A stretch of DNA of 64,000 bases from an uncultured Gammaproteobacteria bacterium (lineage in GTDB: Bacteria > Pseudomonadota > Gammaproteobacteria > Nitrosococcales > Methylophagaceae). The position numbers and the translations under genes were made by a program. The stretch is from NCBI GenBank assembly GCA_937900515.1, contig CALCCU010000165.1, forward strand, positions 416-64,415. The letters run 5' to 3'. Positions 21,576 through 31,306 of this stretch are shown here, piece by piece. Under the pieces are notes generated by a model. It was not told the DNA's origin and did no database searches. It was given only the letters and a program-made list of their open reading frames with translations. Position 1 is the first letter of the stretch, and each line of letters starts with the position of its first letter.

Positions 21576-21715
21576 TAGTACTCTTTCCGTGACTATTATT
21601 CTTATATTGAGGTGAATAATCTCACGGTCTTACATTACAATCAAGTGAGCGTGGTAATTAATACACAAAGTTTATTTGGTTGTTGTTAATAAACAACTAT
21701 TGCAAAATAAATAAT

Positions 21716-22765
21716 CTATAAGCTCCAGAAACTAGGGTCAGTGATCGCCGTTTTTTTTTCTGTATCTGTCGAGTTATTGTGCATTAGCTGTAGGAAGGTA
21801 TGCGTACATGCTTTCCAGTTTCTCTGTTTTGCATAGTGGATACAGTCTTCGCTGTTTAGCATTAACGCTTGCTTAGTCGCAACAGTTAAATCATTATCTA
21901 GAACACCTGTTACACCTTGTTGAATGACATCTTTGGGTCCTGTGACTGGGTAAGCTGCAACAGGTACTCCACATGCCATTGACTCTAGTAGAACCAAACC
22001 AAATGTGTCTGTTTTGCTAGGAAATACGAATACATCACCAGCGGCAACCCAAGACGCTAATTCATGACCAAATTTAGCCCCTGTGAATAATACATCAGGG
22101 TAGCGTTGCTTTAATGAATCTAGGTCAGGACCATCACCAATGACTACTTTACTGCCGGGTAAATCAAGATCTAGATAAGCTTCAATATTTTTTTCAATTG
22201 AAACTCGTCCCATATTTACTGATATCGGTCTAGGCAGATCGAGAGGTTGAGGATTATCAGGTTGAAAAATATCAGTGTCTACACCGCGTCCCCATACAAA
22301 AACATTGGTGAAACCTCGTTTCTCAAGACGTTTTTTTTGAGAGGCTGTTGGTACAAGTGTGTGAACGGCTTTATTATGAAAACGTCTAAACCAAGCATAG
22401 GACCAACTTAGGGGAATGGGCAATCTCAGTTTTAGATATTCAGGAAATTGAGTGTGGTATGAGGTCGTAAACTTAACATTATTGCGTAAACACCAACTTC
22501 GAGCCGCTATTCCTAATGGACCTTCTGTTGCTATATGAATAGCATCAGGTCTGATTTTTTCTAATTGTTGGGATATTTTCCTGCCTGGGAATAAAGCAAG
22601 GGGAATGCTAGGGTAACTCGGGCATGGAATAGTCCTATGACCTTCAGGTGTCAGCATTGTGACTGTATTCCCTAGCTCGATGAGGTGATCTCGGGTCTTA
22701 GTTAATGTACGAACCACTCCATTTACTTGAGGTTCCCAAGCATCCGTGACAATGACTATATTCAT
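21716..22765 (-). CDS. GT4-family glycosyltransferase (Agt-like glycolipid synthase candidate)
   Basis: N-terminal IVIVTDAWEPQVNGVVRT and C-terminal FPSKTDTFGLVLLESMACGVPV (an E-X7-E type motif). It starts 1 nt after the stop of the upstream metallophosphoesterase gene. Confidence 0.75.
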   Translation of the reverse strand: MNIVIVTDAWEPQVNGVVRTLTKTRDHLIELGNTVTMLTPEGHRTIPCPSYPSIPLALFPGRKISQQLEKIRPDAIHIATEGPLGIAARSWCLRNNVKFTTSYHTQFPEYLKLRLPIPLSWSYAWFRRFHNKAVHTLVPTASQKKRLEKRGFTNVFVWGRGVDTDIFQPDNPQPLDLPRPISVNMGRVSIEKNIEAYLDLDLPGSKVVIGDGPDLDSLKQRYPDVLFTGAKFGHELASWVAAGDVFVFPSKTDTFGLVLLESMACGVPVAAYPVTGPKDVIQQGVTGVLDNDLTVATKQALMLNSEDCIHYAKQRNWKACTHTFLQLMHNNSTDTEKKTAITDPSFWSL

Positions 22766-23557
22766 CTACGCCACCTGTAATATTTGCTGGTCTTTATTAA
22801 TATAATCAGTCCACTTGAGTATTTCCATTGAGCCATCGCTGTTTTCTATAAGAGCGGTACAGCTTTCAACCCAGTCACCACAGTTATAATAATCGACACC
22901 ATGATGCTTTGTTATTTCTGCTCGATGAATATGACCACAGACAACGCCATCAACATTCTGACGTGATGCTTCATGGGCAACGGCTTCTTCGAAATTACCA
23001 ATATATTGCACAGCATTCTTAACTTTATGCTTTAAGAATGCGGCTAAAGACCAATAAGAAAACCCGAGTTTACGGCGAATATAATTGACCCAACGGTTAG
23101 CTCGTAATAAATAATCATATAAACGACTACCTATTTTCGCGAGCAGAGGAGAGCACTTCACAACACCATCAAATTGGTCGCCATGAATGATCAATAATTG
23201 TTTGCCATCAGCGGTGGTGTGAATGGTTTCATTTCTAATCTCAACATTACCAAACACCATGCCATCAAAGTCACGGAGCATTTCATCATGATTACCAGGT
23301 ACATAAATGACCTTAGTATTGTGTTTGGCTTTACCTAATATAGTTCTGATCACATTATTATGTGCTTGAGGCCAAAACATACGTTTTTTCATTTCCCATA
23401 CATCAACAATGTCACCTACCAAATAAAGGTATTCACATTCTGTTTGGTGGAGGAAATCGAGAAGAAAGTCGGCACTACAACCGCGAAAGCCCAAATGAAC
23501 ATCTGATATCCAGACGCTGCGAACTTTAATTTTGTCTGAGCTCAGTCTTTTTTTCAT
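22766..23557 (-). CDS. Metallophosphoesterase of the LpxH/PlcP type (candidate phospholipase C for lipid remodelling)
   Basis: Calcineurin-like motif series ISDVHLG, VGDIVD, PGNHDE, IHGDQFD, CGHIHR; 263 aa. Confidence 0.7.
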   Translation of the reverse strand: MKKRLSSDKIKVRSVWISDVHLGFRGCSADFLLDFLHQTECEYLYLVGDIVDVWEMKKRMFWPQAHNNVIRTILGKAKHNTKVIYVPGNHDEMLRDFDGMVFGNVEIRNETIHTTADGKQLLIIHGDQFDGVVKCSPLLAKIGSRLYDYLLRANRWVNYIRRKLGFSYWSLAAFLKHKVKNAVQYIGNFEEAVAHEASRQNVDGVVCGHIHRAEITKHHGVDYYNCGDWVESCTALIENSDGSMEILKWTDYINKDQQILQVA

Positions 23558-23617
23558 AATTGCTCTTTAAATATTTCTATATTTGAGCGAACAGTAACGA
23601 ACTTATATTGCAAAAAG

Positions 23618-23635
23618 ATGACTGAACTATGACGA
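23618..23635 (-). promoter_or_regulatory. Candidate Pho box (PhoB site) upstream of the metallophosphoesterase-glycosyltransferase pair
   Basis: The minus strand reads TCGTCATAGTTCAGTCAT, with two xGTCAT repeats 11 bp apart, against the consensus CTGTCATAWAWCTGTCAY. It is followed after 10 nt by TATAAG (-10), about 60-80 nt upstream of the ATG at 23557. Confidence 0.45.
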
Positions 23636-23713
23636 TATGATTACTTTAGGTTTATCATCGTCAGCTTGACGTATAATCACTTTAACTTTTTATTAAAAAT
23701 GATACTGAGCATT

Positions 23714-25753
23714 ATGACTAATCCTTTACTACACAATGAACGCTTACCTGCTTTTTCAAAAATTTCTCCTGAGTATGTCGAGCCTGCATTAGATCATGTT
23801 CTAGAGCAGTCGAAGCAGACGGTTCACAACTTATTAGCTTCACTTGTTGAGCCTACATGGGAATCTTTAGTGCTTCCTATGGAAGAGATGGATGCCAGTA
23901 TCGATCGAGTTTGGTCTCCTGTTAGCCACTTAAATTCTGTAATGAATTCTGATGAACTACGTGTCGCTTATAACGCTTGCTTGCCCAAGTTGAGTGAGTT
24001 TGGCACCGAGTTAGGTCAAAATGAACATTTATTTAATGCTTATAAAAAATTAGCTGAAAGTGAACATTATTCAGAGCTTGATACCGCACAAAAAAAAGTA
24101 ATTGATAATGCGATTCGTGATTTCCGCCTATCAGGTGTTGAACTATCACAGGCTGACCGTGATTCGTTTAAACAAATTTCACAACAACTGACGGAACGTA
24201 CAGCAAAGTTTGAAGAAAATTTAATGGATGCGACTCACGCATGGAAAAAACACATTACTGACAAAAGCCTACTATCTGGATTGCCGCCATCAACCGTTGC
24301 AATGGCTGAACAATTTGCCAAACGAGACGAGTTGGATGGTTGGGTGTTCACCTTAGATTTTCCATCGTATATGCCTGTGATGTCTTATGCTGATAATCGT
24401 GAGTTTCGTGAAGAAATGTATACAGCATTCGCTACCAAAGCCTCAGACCAAGGTCCTAATGCAGGCCAATGGAATAACACGGATGTGATGACGGATATCT
24501 TGAAACTCCGCCATGAACTAGCAGAACTCATTGGCTTTGAAAGTCATGCTCATCGATCATTAGCAACAAAAATGGCTCAATCACCCCAGCAAGTTTTAGA
24601 GTTTTTAACTGATCTTGCAGAACGTTCTAAACCGATAGCCGAAAAAGAATTCGAAGAATTAAAAGCCTATGCAAAAGAACAAGGTCATAGCGAACAGTTA
24701 GAATCTTGGGATGTGACGTATTTTGCTGAAAAATTACGCCAACAACGCTACTCCATCTCACAAGAAGAGCTCAAACCATACTTCCCTGAAGATAAAGTTG
24801 TCCAAGGGCTCTTTGCGGTTGTAAACAGACTTTATGGCCTGGAGATTAATGAGCGCCACGATATTGATGTATGGCATAAAGATGTACGCTTTTTCGATAT
24901 TTTTGATAGTGAAGGCGAATTACGAGGCCAGTTTTATTTAGATTTGTATGCACGAAATCATAAACGTGGTGGTGCATGGATGGATGAATGTTTGGTTAGA
25001 CGTCAAATTGAGGGTGGAATTCAAACACCTGTTGCATTTTTAACCTGTAATTTTTCTGAACCTGTTGGAGAGACTCCAGCGTTATTTACGCATGATGAAG
25101 TCACCACTTTATTCCATGAGTTTGGTCATGGTTTGCACCATATGTTGACTAAAATTCATCATGCTGGTGTATCGGGAATTAATGGTGTGGCTTGGGATGC
25201 TGTCGAACTACCAAGCCAATTTATGGAAAATTGGTGTTGGGAGCGTGAAGCCCTAGATTTGATTTCGGGTCACTATGAATCTGGTGAAGTATTGCCGCAA
25301 GAATTGTTCGATAAAATGATCGCTGCTCGTAACTTCCAGTCAGCAATGACGATGGTTAGACAGCTTGAATTCTCATTATTTGATTTCCGCCTGCATTTGG
25401 AATATCAACCAGATCAAGCTAACCAAGTTGATAAAGTGTTAGCGGAAGTTCGTGAGCAAGTTTCTGTTGTTCAACCACCGAAATTTAATCGCTTTGCTCA
25501 TAGTTTTTCACATATCTTTGCTGGTGGTTATGCCGCGGGTTATTACAGTTATAAATGGGCTGAAGTATTATCGGCTGATGCGTTCTCTAAATTTGAAGAG
25601 AAGGGAATTTTTGATCGTCAGACTGGTTTGGAATTTTTAAATAATATTCTAGAGCAAGGCGGTTCAAAAGAACCGATGGAATTATTTATTGCATTCCGAG
25701 GCCGTGAACCAGAAATTGATGCTTTATTAAGGCATTCAGGGATTGCTGCTTAA
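23714..25753 (+). CDS. prlC: Oligopeptidase A (M3 family)
   Basis: HEFGH zinc motif (LFHEFGHGLHH) and collinear M3A sequence. The ATG at 23714 (MTNPLLHNERLPAF) is preferred to the upstream TTG-extended ORF. Confidence 0.93.
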   Translation: MTNPLLHNERLPAFSKISPEYVEPALDHVLEQSKQTVHNLLASLVEPTWESLVLPMEEMDASIDRVWSPVSHLNSVMNSDELRVAYNACLPKLSEFGTELGQNEHLFNAYKKLAESEHYSELDTAQKKVIDNAIRDFRLSGVELSQADRDSFKQISQQLTERTAKFEENLMDATHAWKKHITDKSLLSGLPPSTVAMAEQFAKRDELDGWVFTLDFPSYMPVMSYADNREFREEMYTAFATKASDQGPNAGQWNNTDVMTDILKLRHELAELIGFESHAHRSLATKMAQSPQQVLEFLTDLAERSKPIAEKEFEELKAYAKEQGHSEQLESWDVTYFAEKLRQQRYSISQEELKPYFPEDKVVQGLFAVVNRLYGLEINERHDIDVWHKDVRFFDIFDSEGELRGQFYLDLYARNHKRGGAWMDECLVRRQIEGGIQTPVAFLTCNFSEPVGETPALFTHDEVTTLFHEFGHGLHHMLTKIHHAGVSGINGVAWDAVELPSQFMENWCWEREALDLISGHYESGEVLPQELFDKMIAARNFQSAMTMVRQLEFSLFDFRLHLEYQPDQANQVDKVLAEVREQVSVVQPPKFNRFAHSFSHIFAGGYAAGYYSYKWAEVLSADAFSKFEEKGIFDRQTGLEFLNNILEQGGSKEPMELFIAFRGREPEIDALLRHSGIAA

Positions 25754-25756
25754 TAA

Positions 25757-25783
25757 GCAAAAGGGCCGAAAGGCCCTTTTCAT
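25757..25783. terminator. Bidirectional rho-independent terminator
   Basis: AAAAGGGCC-GAAA-GGCCCTTTT between convergent prlC and the lysine-rich HTH gene. Confidence 0.8.
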
Positions 25784-25788
25784 TTCTA

Positions 25789-26229
25789 TCATTTTTTCTT
25801 CTTAGATTTCTTTTTTTTCTTATCTTTTTTATCTGACTTAGTTTTTTTAGAGTCTTTACCTTTCTTTTTAGGCTTGTCGTCTTTCTTTTTTTTCTTGTTA
25901 TTTTTAGGTTTAGATTTTTTTGTTTTCTTGTCGTTTGGCTTCACCTTTGTTGGTGTAACCTCCGTTGAAGTATTTACTGGCTCTGATTTAGCAGTTGGGA
26001 AAGCGGCCATACCATGTTGACGAAAACGGCCTACCCAGTAGCGTACTTGCCCAATGCTGAGCCCCGTTGCTACTGCGGTATTGGCTTGGGTTGTGCCTTG
26101 ATGTAATGTTAATAAGGCATTTGCACGAGCACTACTGTAATCATCGCCAGAAGTAGCAATTTTTTTACATTGTGTCACTTGGGCTGGTGTGAGTAATTTC
26201 TTTGGGCTACTGGCTTGTTGTGTCGTCAT
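25789..26229 (-). CDS. HTH protein (IS630-transposase-N-terminal-like) with lysine-rich C-terminal tail
   Basis: The N-terminal region LTPAQVTQCKKIATSGDDYSSARANALLTLHQGTTQANTAVATGLSIGQVRYWVGRFRQHGMAAF resembles the paired HTH of IS630-type transposases. By my count, 32 of the last 52 residues are Lys. The ATG at 26229 has a GGAGAG Shine-Dalgarno. Confidence 0.6.
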   Translation of the reverse strand: MTTQQASSPKKLLTPAQVTQCKKIATSGDDYSSARANALLTLHQGTTQANTAVATGLSIGQVRYWVGRFRQHGMAAFPTAKSEPVNTSTEVTPTKVKPNDKKTKKSKPKNNKKKKKDDKPKKKGKDSKKTKSDKKDKKKKKSKKKK

Positions 26230-26460
26230 CGTGCTCTCCATACTGCGACCATTGGCTTTATAAATGTGTAGAATCAAAATATTACTACTTAATCATATGA
26301 CAGTTTAGGTGGAAGGGGAAGTAATGATTTTATGATATCAAGCTCTATTTGTTGGTACTGATAGTATAGACTATATCTATACTTACTCATTGATAGTGGA
26401 ATTAGATTGAATGCTATCAACGAGGATCGATTAGCCATTTCAATCACATTGACAGATTCG

Positions 26461-27933
26461 ATGAAATATACAGATTTAAGAGACTTTATTAACCACCTTG
26501 AACAGCAAGGCGAACTTAAACGAATTAGCGTTGAAGTTGATCCTGTTTTAGAAATGACTGAGATTAGCGATAGGGTTCTACGCGCAGGTGGTCCAGCATT
26601 GTTATTTGAAAATCCTAAGGGTAGTGATATTCCAGTCTTAACCAATCTTTTTGGTACACCTGAGCGTGTGGCAATGGGAATGGGGGAAGATTCTGTTGAG
26701 GCTTTGCGTGAAGTGGGAAAACTACTGGCTTTTTTAAAAGAACCTGAACCACCTAAAGGAATGAAAGACGCATGGGATAAAATGCCCATCTTTAAGCAAG
26801 TGCTAAATATGGCGCCAAAAGAAGTTAAGTTCGCTGCATGTCAGCAAACTATAATTGAAGGTGACGAGGTAGACTTAAGTCAATATCCGATTCAACATTG
26901 TTGGCCAGAAGATGCTGCACCATTGATTACATGGGGGTTAGTGGTTACAAAAGGGCCACATAAACCACGCCAAAACATGGGGATTTATCGTCAGCAAGTG
27001 ATTGGTAAAAATCGAGTCATTATGCGTTGGTTATCGCATCGTGGTGGTGCTTTAGATTTTAAAGAATGGCAACTAGAGCACCCAGGAGAACCGTTTCCTA
27101 TCTGTGTCGTTTTAGGCTGTGATCCAGCTACTATTTTGGCGGCAGTGACGCCAATTCCAGATACGCTTTCCGAATATGCTTTTGCTGGGTTATTAAGAGG
27201 TTCAAAAACTGAATTAGTAAAATGTGTTGGCAATGATTTGCAAGTGCCTGCGACTGCTGAGATTGTCTTAGAGGGTTTTATCTATCCTGATGATATGGCT
27301 GATGAAGGACCTTACGGTGATCATACGGGTTATTACAATGAAATAGATCGATTCCCAGTCTTTACGGTTGAACGTATTACCCAGCGTAAAAATCCGATTT
27401 ATCATAGTACTTATACTGGTCGTCCACCTGATGAGCCTGCTATTTTAGGTGTGGCATTAAACGAAGTATTTGTGCCGATATTGCAAAAACAATTTCCTGA
27501 GATTGTTGATTTTTACCTGCCACCAGAGGGCTGTTCTTATCGAATGGCAGTGGTCAGTATGAAAAAACAATATCCAGGTCATGCTAAACGAGTAATGATG
27601 GGGATCTGGTCATTTTTACGGCAGTTTATGTATACCAAGTTTGTGATTGTTGTTGATGATGATGTGAATGTGCGTGATTGGAATGATGTAATTTGGGCGA
27701 TTACTACACGCATGGATCCTGCTCGAGATACCACCTTAATCGAAAATACACCGATCGATTATTTAGATTTTGCTTCACCGGTGTCAGGTTTGGGGTCCAA
27801 AATGGGGATGGATGCAACGAATAAACTACCTGGCGAAACAGATCGTGAATGGGGACGTCCTATTGAGCGAGATCAAACTGTAGTGGATCGCATTGATGAG
27901 TTGTGGGATTCATTAGGGATAAGCGACACGTAA
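26461..27933 (+). CDS. ubiD: 4-hydroxy-3-polyprenylbenzoate decarboxylase
   Basis: [22 protein letters not shown]... is the classical UbiD N-terminus, and the sequence is collinear along its full length. The start at 26461 is preferred to 26407. Confidence 0.93.
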   Translation: MKYTDLRDFINHLEQQGELKRISVEVDPVLEMTEISDRVLRAGGPALLFENPKGSDIPVLTNLFGTPERVAMGMGEDSVEALREVGKLLAFLKEPEPPKGMKDAWDKMPIFKQVLNMAPKEVKFAACQQTIIEGDEVDLSQYPIQHCWPEDAAPLITWGLVVTKGPHKPRQNMGIYRQQVIGKNRVIMRWLSHRGGALDFKEWQLEHPGEPFPICVVLGCDPATILAAVTPIPDTLSEYAFAGLLRGSKTELVKCVGNDLQVPATAEIVLEGFIYPDDMADEGPYGDHTGYYNEIDRFPVFTVERITQRKNPIYHSTYTGRPPDEPAILGVALNEVFVPILQKQFPEIVDFYLPPEGCSYRMAVVSMKKQYPGHAKRVMMGIWSFLRQFMYTKFVIVVDDDVNVRDWNDVIWAITTRMDPARDTTLIENTPIDYLDFASPVSGLGSKMGMDATNKLPGETDREWGRPIERDQTVVDRIDELWDSLGISDT

Positions 27934-27960
27934 GTTTAGATGACTGATAATTAAGAGTCT

Positions 27961-28542
27961 CTATGGCATTATTGTAGGTGTTATTGGGAATTGTTCGAAT
28001 ATAGCATTCACTATTTTAGGTATGGCAGAGTCTAACTTTGCCAACTTTTCTTGACTGACTTCTTCGACGGCAGCACCTTGCCATATCATTTTATTTTGTT
28101 GGCGGTCGACGATATCAATAGTAAGGGTACCTTGTTGATATTTTTCTAAATAAGGCTCAAACCCTACCCAAGTATCATAATAGAGTCGTCCTCCTGAGCT
28201 GTAATAACCGCCTTGGTGAGTGACGGGGAATTGTTTGAGTGCTTGTTTATCAACTACATCCTGGCGAAAGTTGATTAATAAATCAGGGCTATCTTGGGTA
28301 AATTTAAATCCACGGCGAAGCATCTCTTCCTTGGTACTAGCCTTTAAATATTGGCTAAGTAGTGATTCATAGCGTTGATCAGTATCTAGCTTGTCGAAGA
28401 AGCCAAATGATTTGTATTGATTGAGATTAACTTGTGGGGTTGCATTGCTGTGAATTGTTGGTCCGATAGCTACACATGCAGATAGTAGTAGCGTGAGCAT
28501 GACTAACAGTACTTTATTTTTCAACACGTCGAATTTCTCCAC
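27961..28542 (-). CDS. Lipoprotein, DUF4136-like
   Basis: Lipobox LLLSAC; the size and the pattern ...GTLTIDIVD...KMIWQGAA... recall DUF4136 lipoproteins. Confidence 0.55.
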   Translation of the reverse strand: MEKFDVLKNKVLLVMLTLLLSACVAIGPTIHSNATPQVNLNQYKSFGFFDKLDTDQRYESLLSQYLKASTKEEMLRRGFKFTQDSPDLLINFRQDVVDKQALKQFPVTHQGGYYSSGGRLYYDTWVGFEPYLEKYQQGTLTIDIVDRQQNKMIWQGAAVEEVSQEKLAKLDSAIPKIVNAIFEQFPITPTIMP

Positions 28543-28614
28543 CAGTAGTGTTTTTTATTAGTACACAAGGAGACTATTAACATTGAGCATAGTTCACTTG
28601 ATAGTACGAGTCGC

Positions 28615-29856
28615 CTAACAAGCATACTGCATTTCAAGCTGTTGAAAGCGTGGCGTGTTACGATCTTCCTTTCTACATATTTTTAATAGATCATCAACAA
28701 AATAGTGCAGTGCACGTTGCTCAATTTGCTTAATTTTTGTTTGTTGTTCATCGCTGAGCATGTGATACATGCTTGCTGCACCAAAATCACCAAATAGGAT
28801 CTGTCCAGACTGATCAAATAAGGTGTTATGAGCATATAGGTCGCCATGGGATACTTTATTGTTATGAATATGTTCGAACACATCCTTCAGCTGTTGGATT
28901 ATTTTATCTATTAATTCAATTTCTAATGTAAAGCCATCTGGAAAGGTATCTCTTGAACAAGTATCAAAATTGGGAGGAAGCCCAAGATTTTTATAGTGTT
29001 CAGGGATGAGTTTCATTATCAACGCTGAATAGTCACCTTCATCGACTTGAGCAATTGACTGAACTAGGTTGGGGTGTTGACCCACTTTCAAACACGCTTT
29101 TAATTCATCGGCCGGATATCCATCACTAGTGATACCACCTTTAAAGACTTTTACTGCTATATCATTAGGAAAATCTGTATTCACCGTATTCCAACGTGCC
29201 GTTGAAATAATGCCCGATGCGCCTTGACCTAATTGTTGATGGATAGTGAAGGTTGATGATGCTATTGCAGGAATAGACTCTATATGAGTATTGGATTGGC
29301 TAAATGGATTACCTGAAAATGCCAACCACGCTAGTCGAGGTAAGTCGAGGAGTTGATCGGGAAAGGCGGTTAATTGGTTGGCAGAAATTCTAACTAATTC
29401 TAAGTTCAGAGATTGTGATAACGTAGCAGGCAATTGGGTTAACTGATTACCCGCTAACATAAGCTTTTGTAGGCTAGGCCGCTCACCTAATGAGTTAGGC
29501 AAGGTTTCAATTTTATTATCTGTTAGTGTTAACCAACGTAGTTTAGGTGGTAATGAATTAGACGGTACGGTGTGAATTTTATTAGATTTGATACCAATCA
29601 TTTCTAAGTGTTCACATTGACCTAATACTTCTGGTAGTACCTCAAATTGGTTATTGGATAGAAAGATGATCTTTAGTTTTTTTAATTTACTAAGGCTATT
29701 AGGTAATTCTCTTAATTGATTATTAGATAAATCAAGAATCTCTAGGCTATCAGCAAGCGATAATATGTCTTCTGGGAGCGCGCTTAAACTTTGTGAAATT
29801 GAAAGGTGTTTAGTGCCAGTTAAATGGCCAGATGTAAGTTGTTCTAGTGTGTGCAC
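28615..29856 (-). CDS. Leucine-rich-repeat protein fused to a eukaryotic-like protein kinase domain
   Basis: About 7-8 LxxLxLxxNxL repeats (LEILDLSNNQLRELP, LKIIFLSNNQFEVLP, LRWLTLTDNKIETLP, LQKLMLAGNQLTQLP...). Then a Gly-loop LGQGASG, a VAIK-like IAVKVFK, a catalytic loop HGDLYAHN and DFG (FGDFGAAS). No signal peptide. Confidence 0.8.
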   Translation of the reverse strand: MHTLEQLTSGHLTGTKHLSISQSLSALPEDILSLADSLEILDLSNNQLRELPNSLSKLKKLKIIFLSNNQFEVLPEVLGQCEHLEMIGIKSNKIHTVPSNSLPPKLRWLTLTDNKIETLPNSLGERPSLQKLMLAGNQLTQLPATLSQSLNLELVRISANQLTAFPDQLLDLPRLAWLAFSGNPFSQSNTHIESIPAIASSTFTIHQQLGQGASGIISTARWNTVNTDFPNDIAVKVFKGGITSDGYPADELKACLKVGQHPNLVQSIAQVDEGDYSALIMKLIPEHYKNLGLPPNFDTCSRDTFPDGFTLEIELIDKIIQQLKDVFEHIHNNKVSHGDLYAHNTLFDQSGQILFGDFGAASMYHMLSDEQQTKIKQIEQRALHYFVDDLLKICRKEDRNTPRFQQLEMQYAC

Positions 29857-30144
29857 TGTGATTTTCTATAGCTGTTTTAAGGTGAATTATCCTAATAGTC
29901 TACAATAAAATGTAGTGCTTATTTTGGGCAGGTTCCTGAGCTATGTTAAAATGTGTATCGTAAGTGAGTTAGATTATTACTCTAAATTAATATCTCCATT
30001 CTCTGAATTCTCAAGCTACAGATAGAATAGCCTCGATATTAAAGAACTATGCTTACAAGGTGATTGTCATAAGCAGCGATTGCTCTCAGATCTACAAGAA
30101 CACTACATTAATGACTTCATAGACATTAATATACAAGGAACTCC

Positions 30145-31194
30145 ATGAATAAAAAAATTATTGCTATAGCCTTTACTATGGCTATGTCAGGCTCTGCTTA
30201 CGCATTAGATAAAGTAGAAACTAATGATGGCAGTATCTTAACTGGAACGATTAAATCTATTTCAGAAAAGACGATTACATTAGTGACTAGTTATGCCGGA
30301 GAATTGAAATTACAGCGCGATGAAGTGAAAGGTTTCAATACCGAATCACCTATTTTTGTTCGACTAAAAAGTGGCACTACACTAGCTGGGCAAGTGAGTC
30401 ATAACGGTGAAGGAAAATTGCTGATAGAAGGTGTTGATGCAACGATGACGACGAATACAGCATCAGTTGTTGAAAGTTGGTCGCCAGCAGACAATGATCC
30501 TCAATTAGTGCGTGCTGAAGAAGAAAAAGAAGCCTTAAAACGTCAATGGTCTTATAAAGCAGCTGTAGATATTGCTGGAAAAAGTGGTAACTCAAAAGAA
30601 TTCAGTTCACGGGTGTTGTTTGATGCACGTTTAGCAAGTGCGGATGATGAATTGAAGTTTTTTGGTTCAATAGATAAAAGTAGCAAAGAAGGCGAAGATA
30701 CCTCTGATGAAATGATTGTTGGTTCAGAATATAAAGCCTATTTTAGTAAAGTAATGGGTTGGTATGTTCGAGGTGAAGTAGAGCGTGATGATTTTGAAAA
30801 TTTAGATCTACGAACTACTCTAGGCGGTGGTTTAAATTATCGACTCTTTAAAGAAGAAGACCATGCGCTTGAGTTACGCTCAGGTCTTGGTTACCGTCAC
30901 GAAAGCTTTAATGATGGTACCACTGAAAATTCGCCTACTTTGGACTTTGGTTTAGAGCATTACTGGAACTTTATCAGTTGGGCTGAGATGACAAACAAAT
31001 TGACCTATGCACCTGCGGTTGATGATTTTAGTGATTACTTAATTACGCATGATTCTGGTATTGATATTCCATTAGGGCTATCTGATTATTGGAATATTCG
31101 TTTTGGTTTACGTAATGACTACAAGAGTCTTCCTGCCGAAGGTCGTGAGAATTTAGACACAAGTTATTACTCACGTCTGCAATTGAAGTGGTAA
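30145..31194 (+). CDS. Outer-membrane beta-barrel protein, DUF481/YdiY-like, with N-terminal extra domain
   Basis: Signal peptide; an N-terminal NDGSILTGTIKSI...TLVT repeat-like module; a C-terminal alternating barrel ending ...YYSRLQLKW. Confidence 0.65.
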   Translation: MNKKIIAIAFTMAMSGSAYALDKVETNDGSILTGTIKSISEKTITLVTSYAGELKLQRDEVKGFNTESPIFVRLKSGTTLAGQVSHNGEGKLLIEGVDATMTTNTASVVESWSPADNDPQLVRAEEEKEALKRQWSYKAAVDIAGKSGNSKEFSSRVLFDARLASADDELKFFGSIDKSSKEGEDTSDEMIVGSEYKAYFSKVMGWYVRGEVERDDFENLDLRTTLGGGLNYRLFKEEDHALELRSGLGYRHESFNDGTTENSPTLDFGLEHYWNFISWAEMTNKLTYAPAVDDFSDYLITHDSGIDIPLGLSDYWNIRFGLRNDYKSLPAEGRENLDTSYYSRLQLKW

Positions 31195-31233
31195 TTATTA
31201 AGTAGTAGCTCGATTACACAGCGTGATAAATAG

Positions 31234-31268
31234 AAAAGCGTGTTTCTTATTGAAATACGCTTTTTTTC
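31234..31268 (+). terminator. Rho-independent terminator
   Basis: AAAGCGT-N15-ACGCTTT followed by a T7 run, just after the DUF481 gene. Confidence 0.55.
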
Positions 31269-31306
31269 TGTGTGAACCTCGCGGTTAGTTTAACGTTCAG
31301 TAAGAT

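Noticed and set aside
21749-21757. T9 (coding A9) homopolymer near the 3' end of the glycosyltransferase gene as a possible phase-variation tract
   Set aside because: It lies within the last ~15 codons, so slippage would alter only the extreme C-terminus. It is unlikely to be a functional switch.
26289-26789. 166-aa minus-strand ORF overlapping the 5' part of ubiD
   Set aside because: It lies entirely antisense to a strongly supported ubiD reading frame. Its S/P/R-rich low-complexity translation is typical of a shadow ORF.
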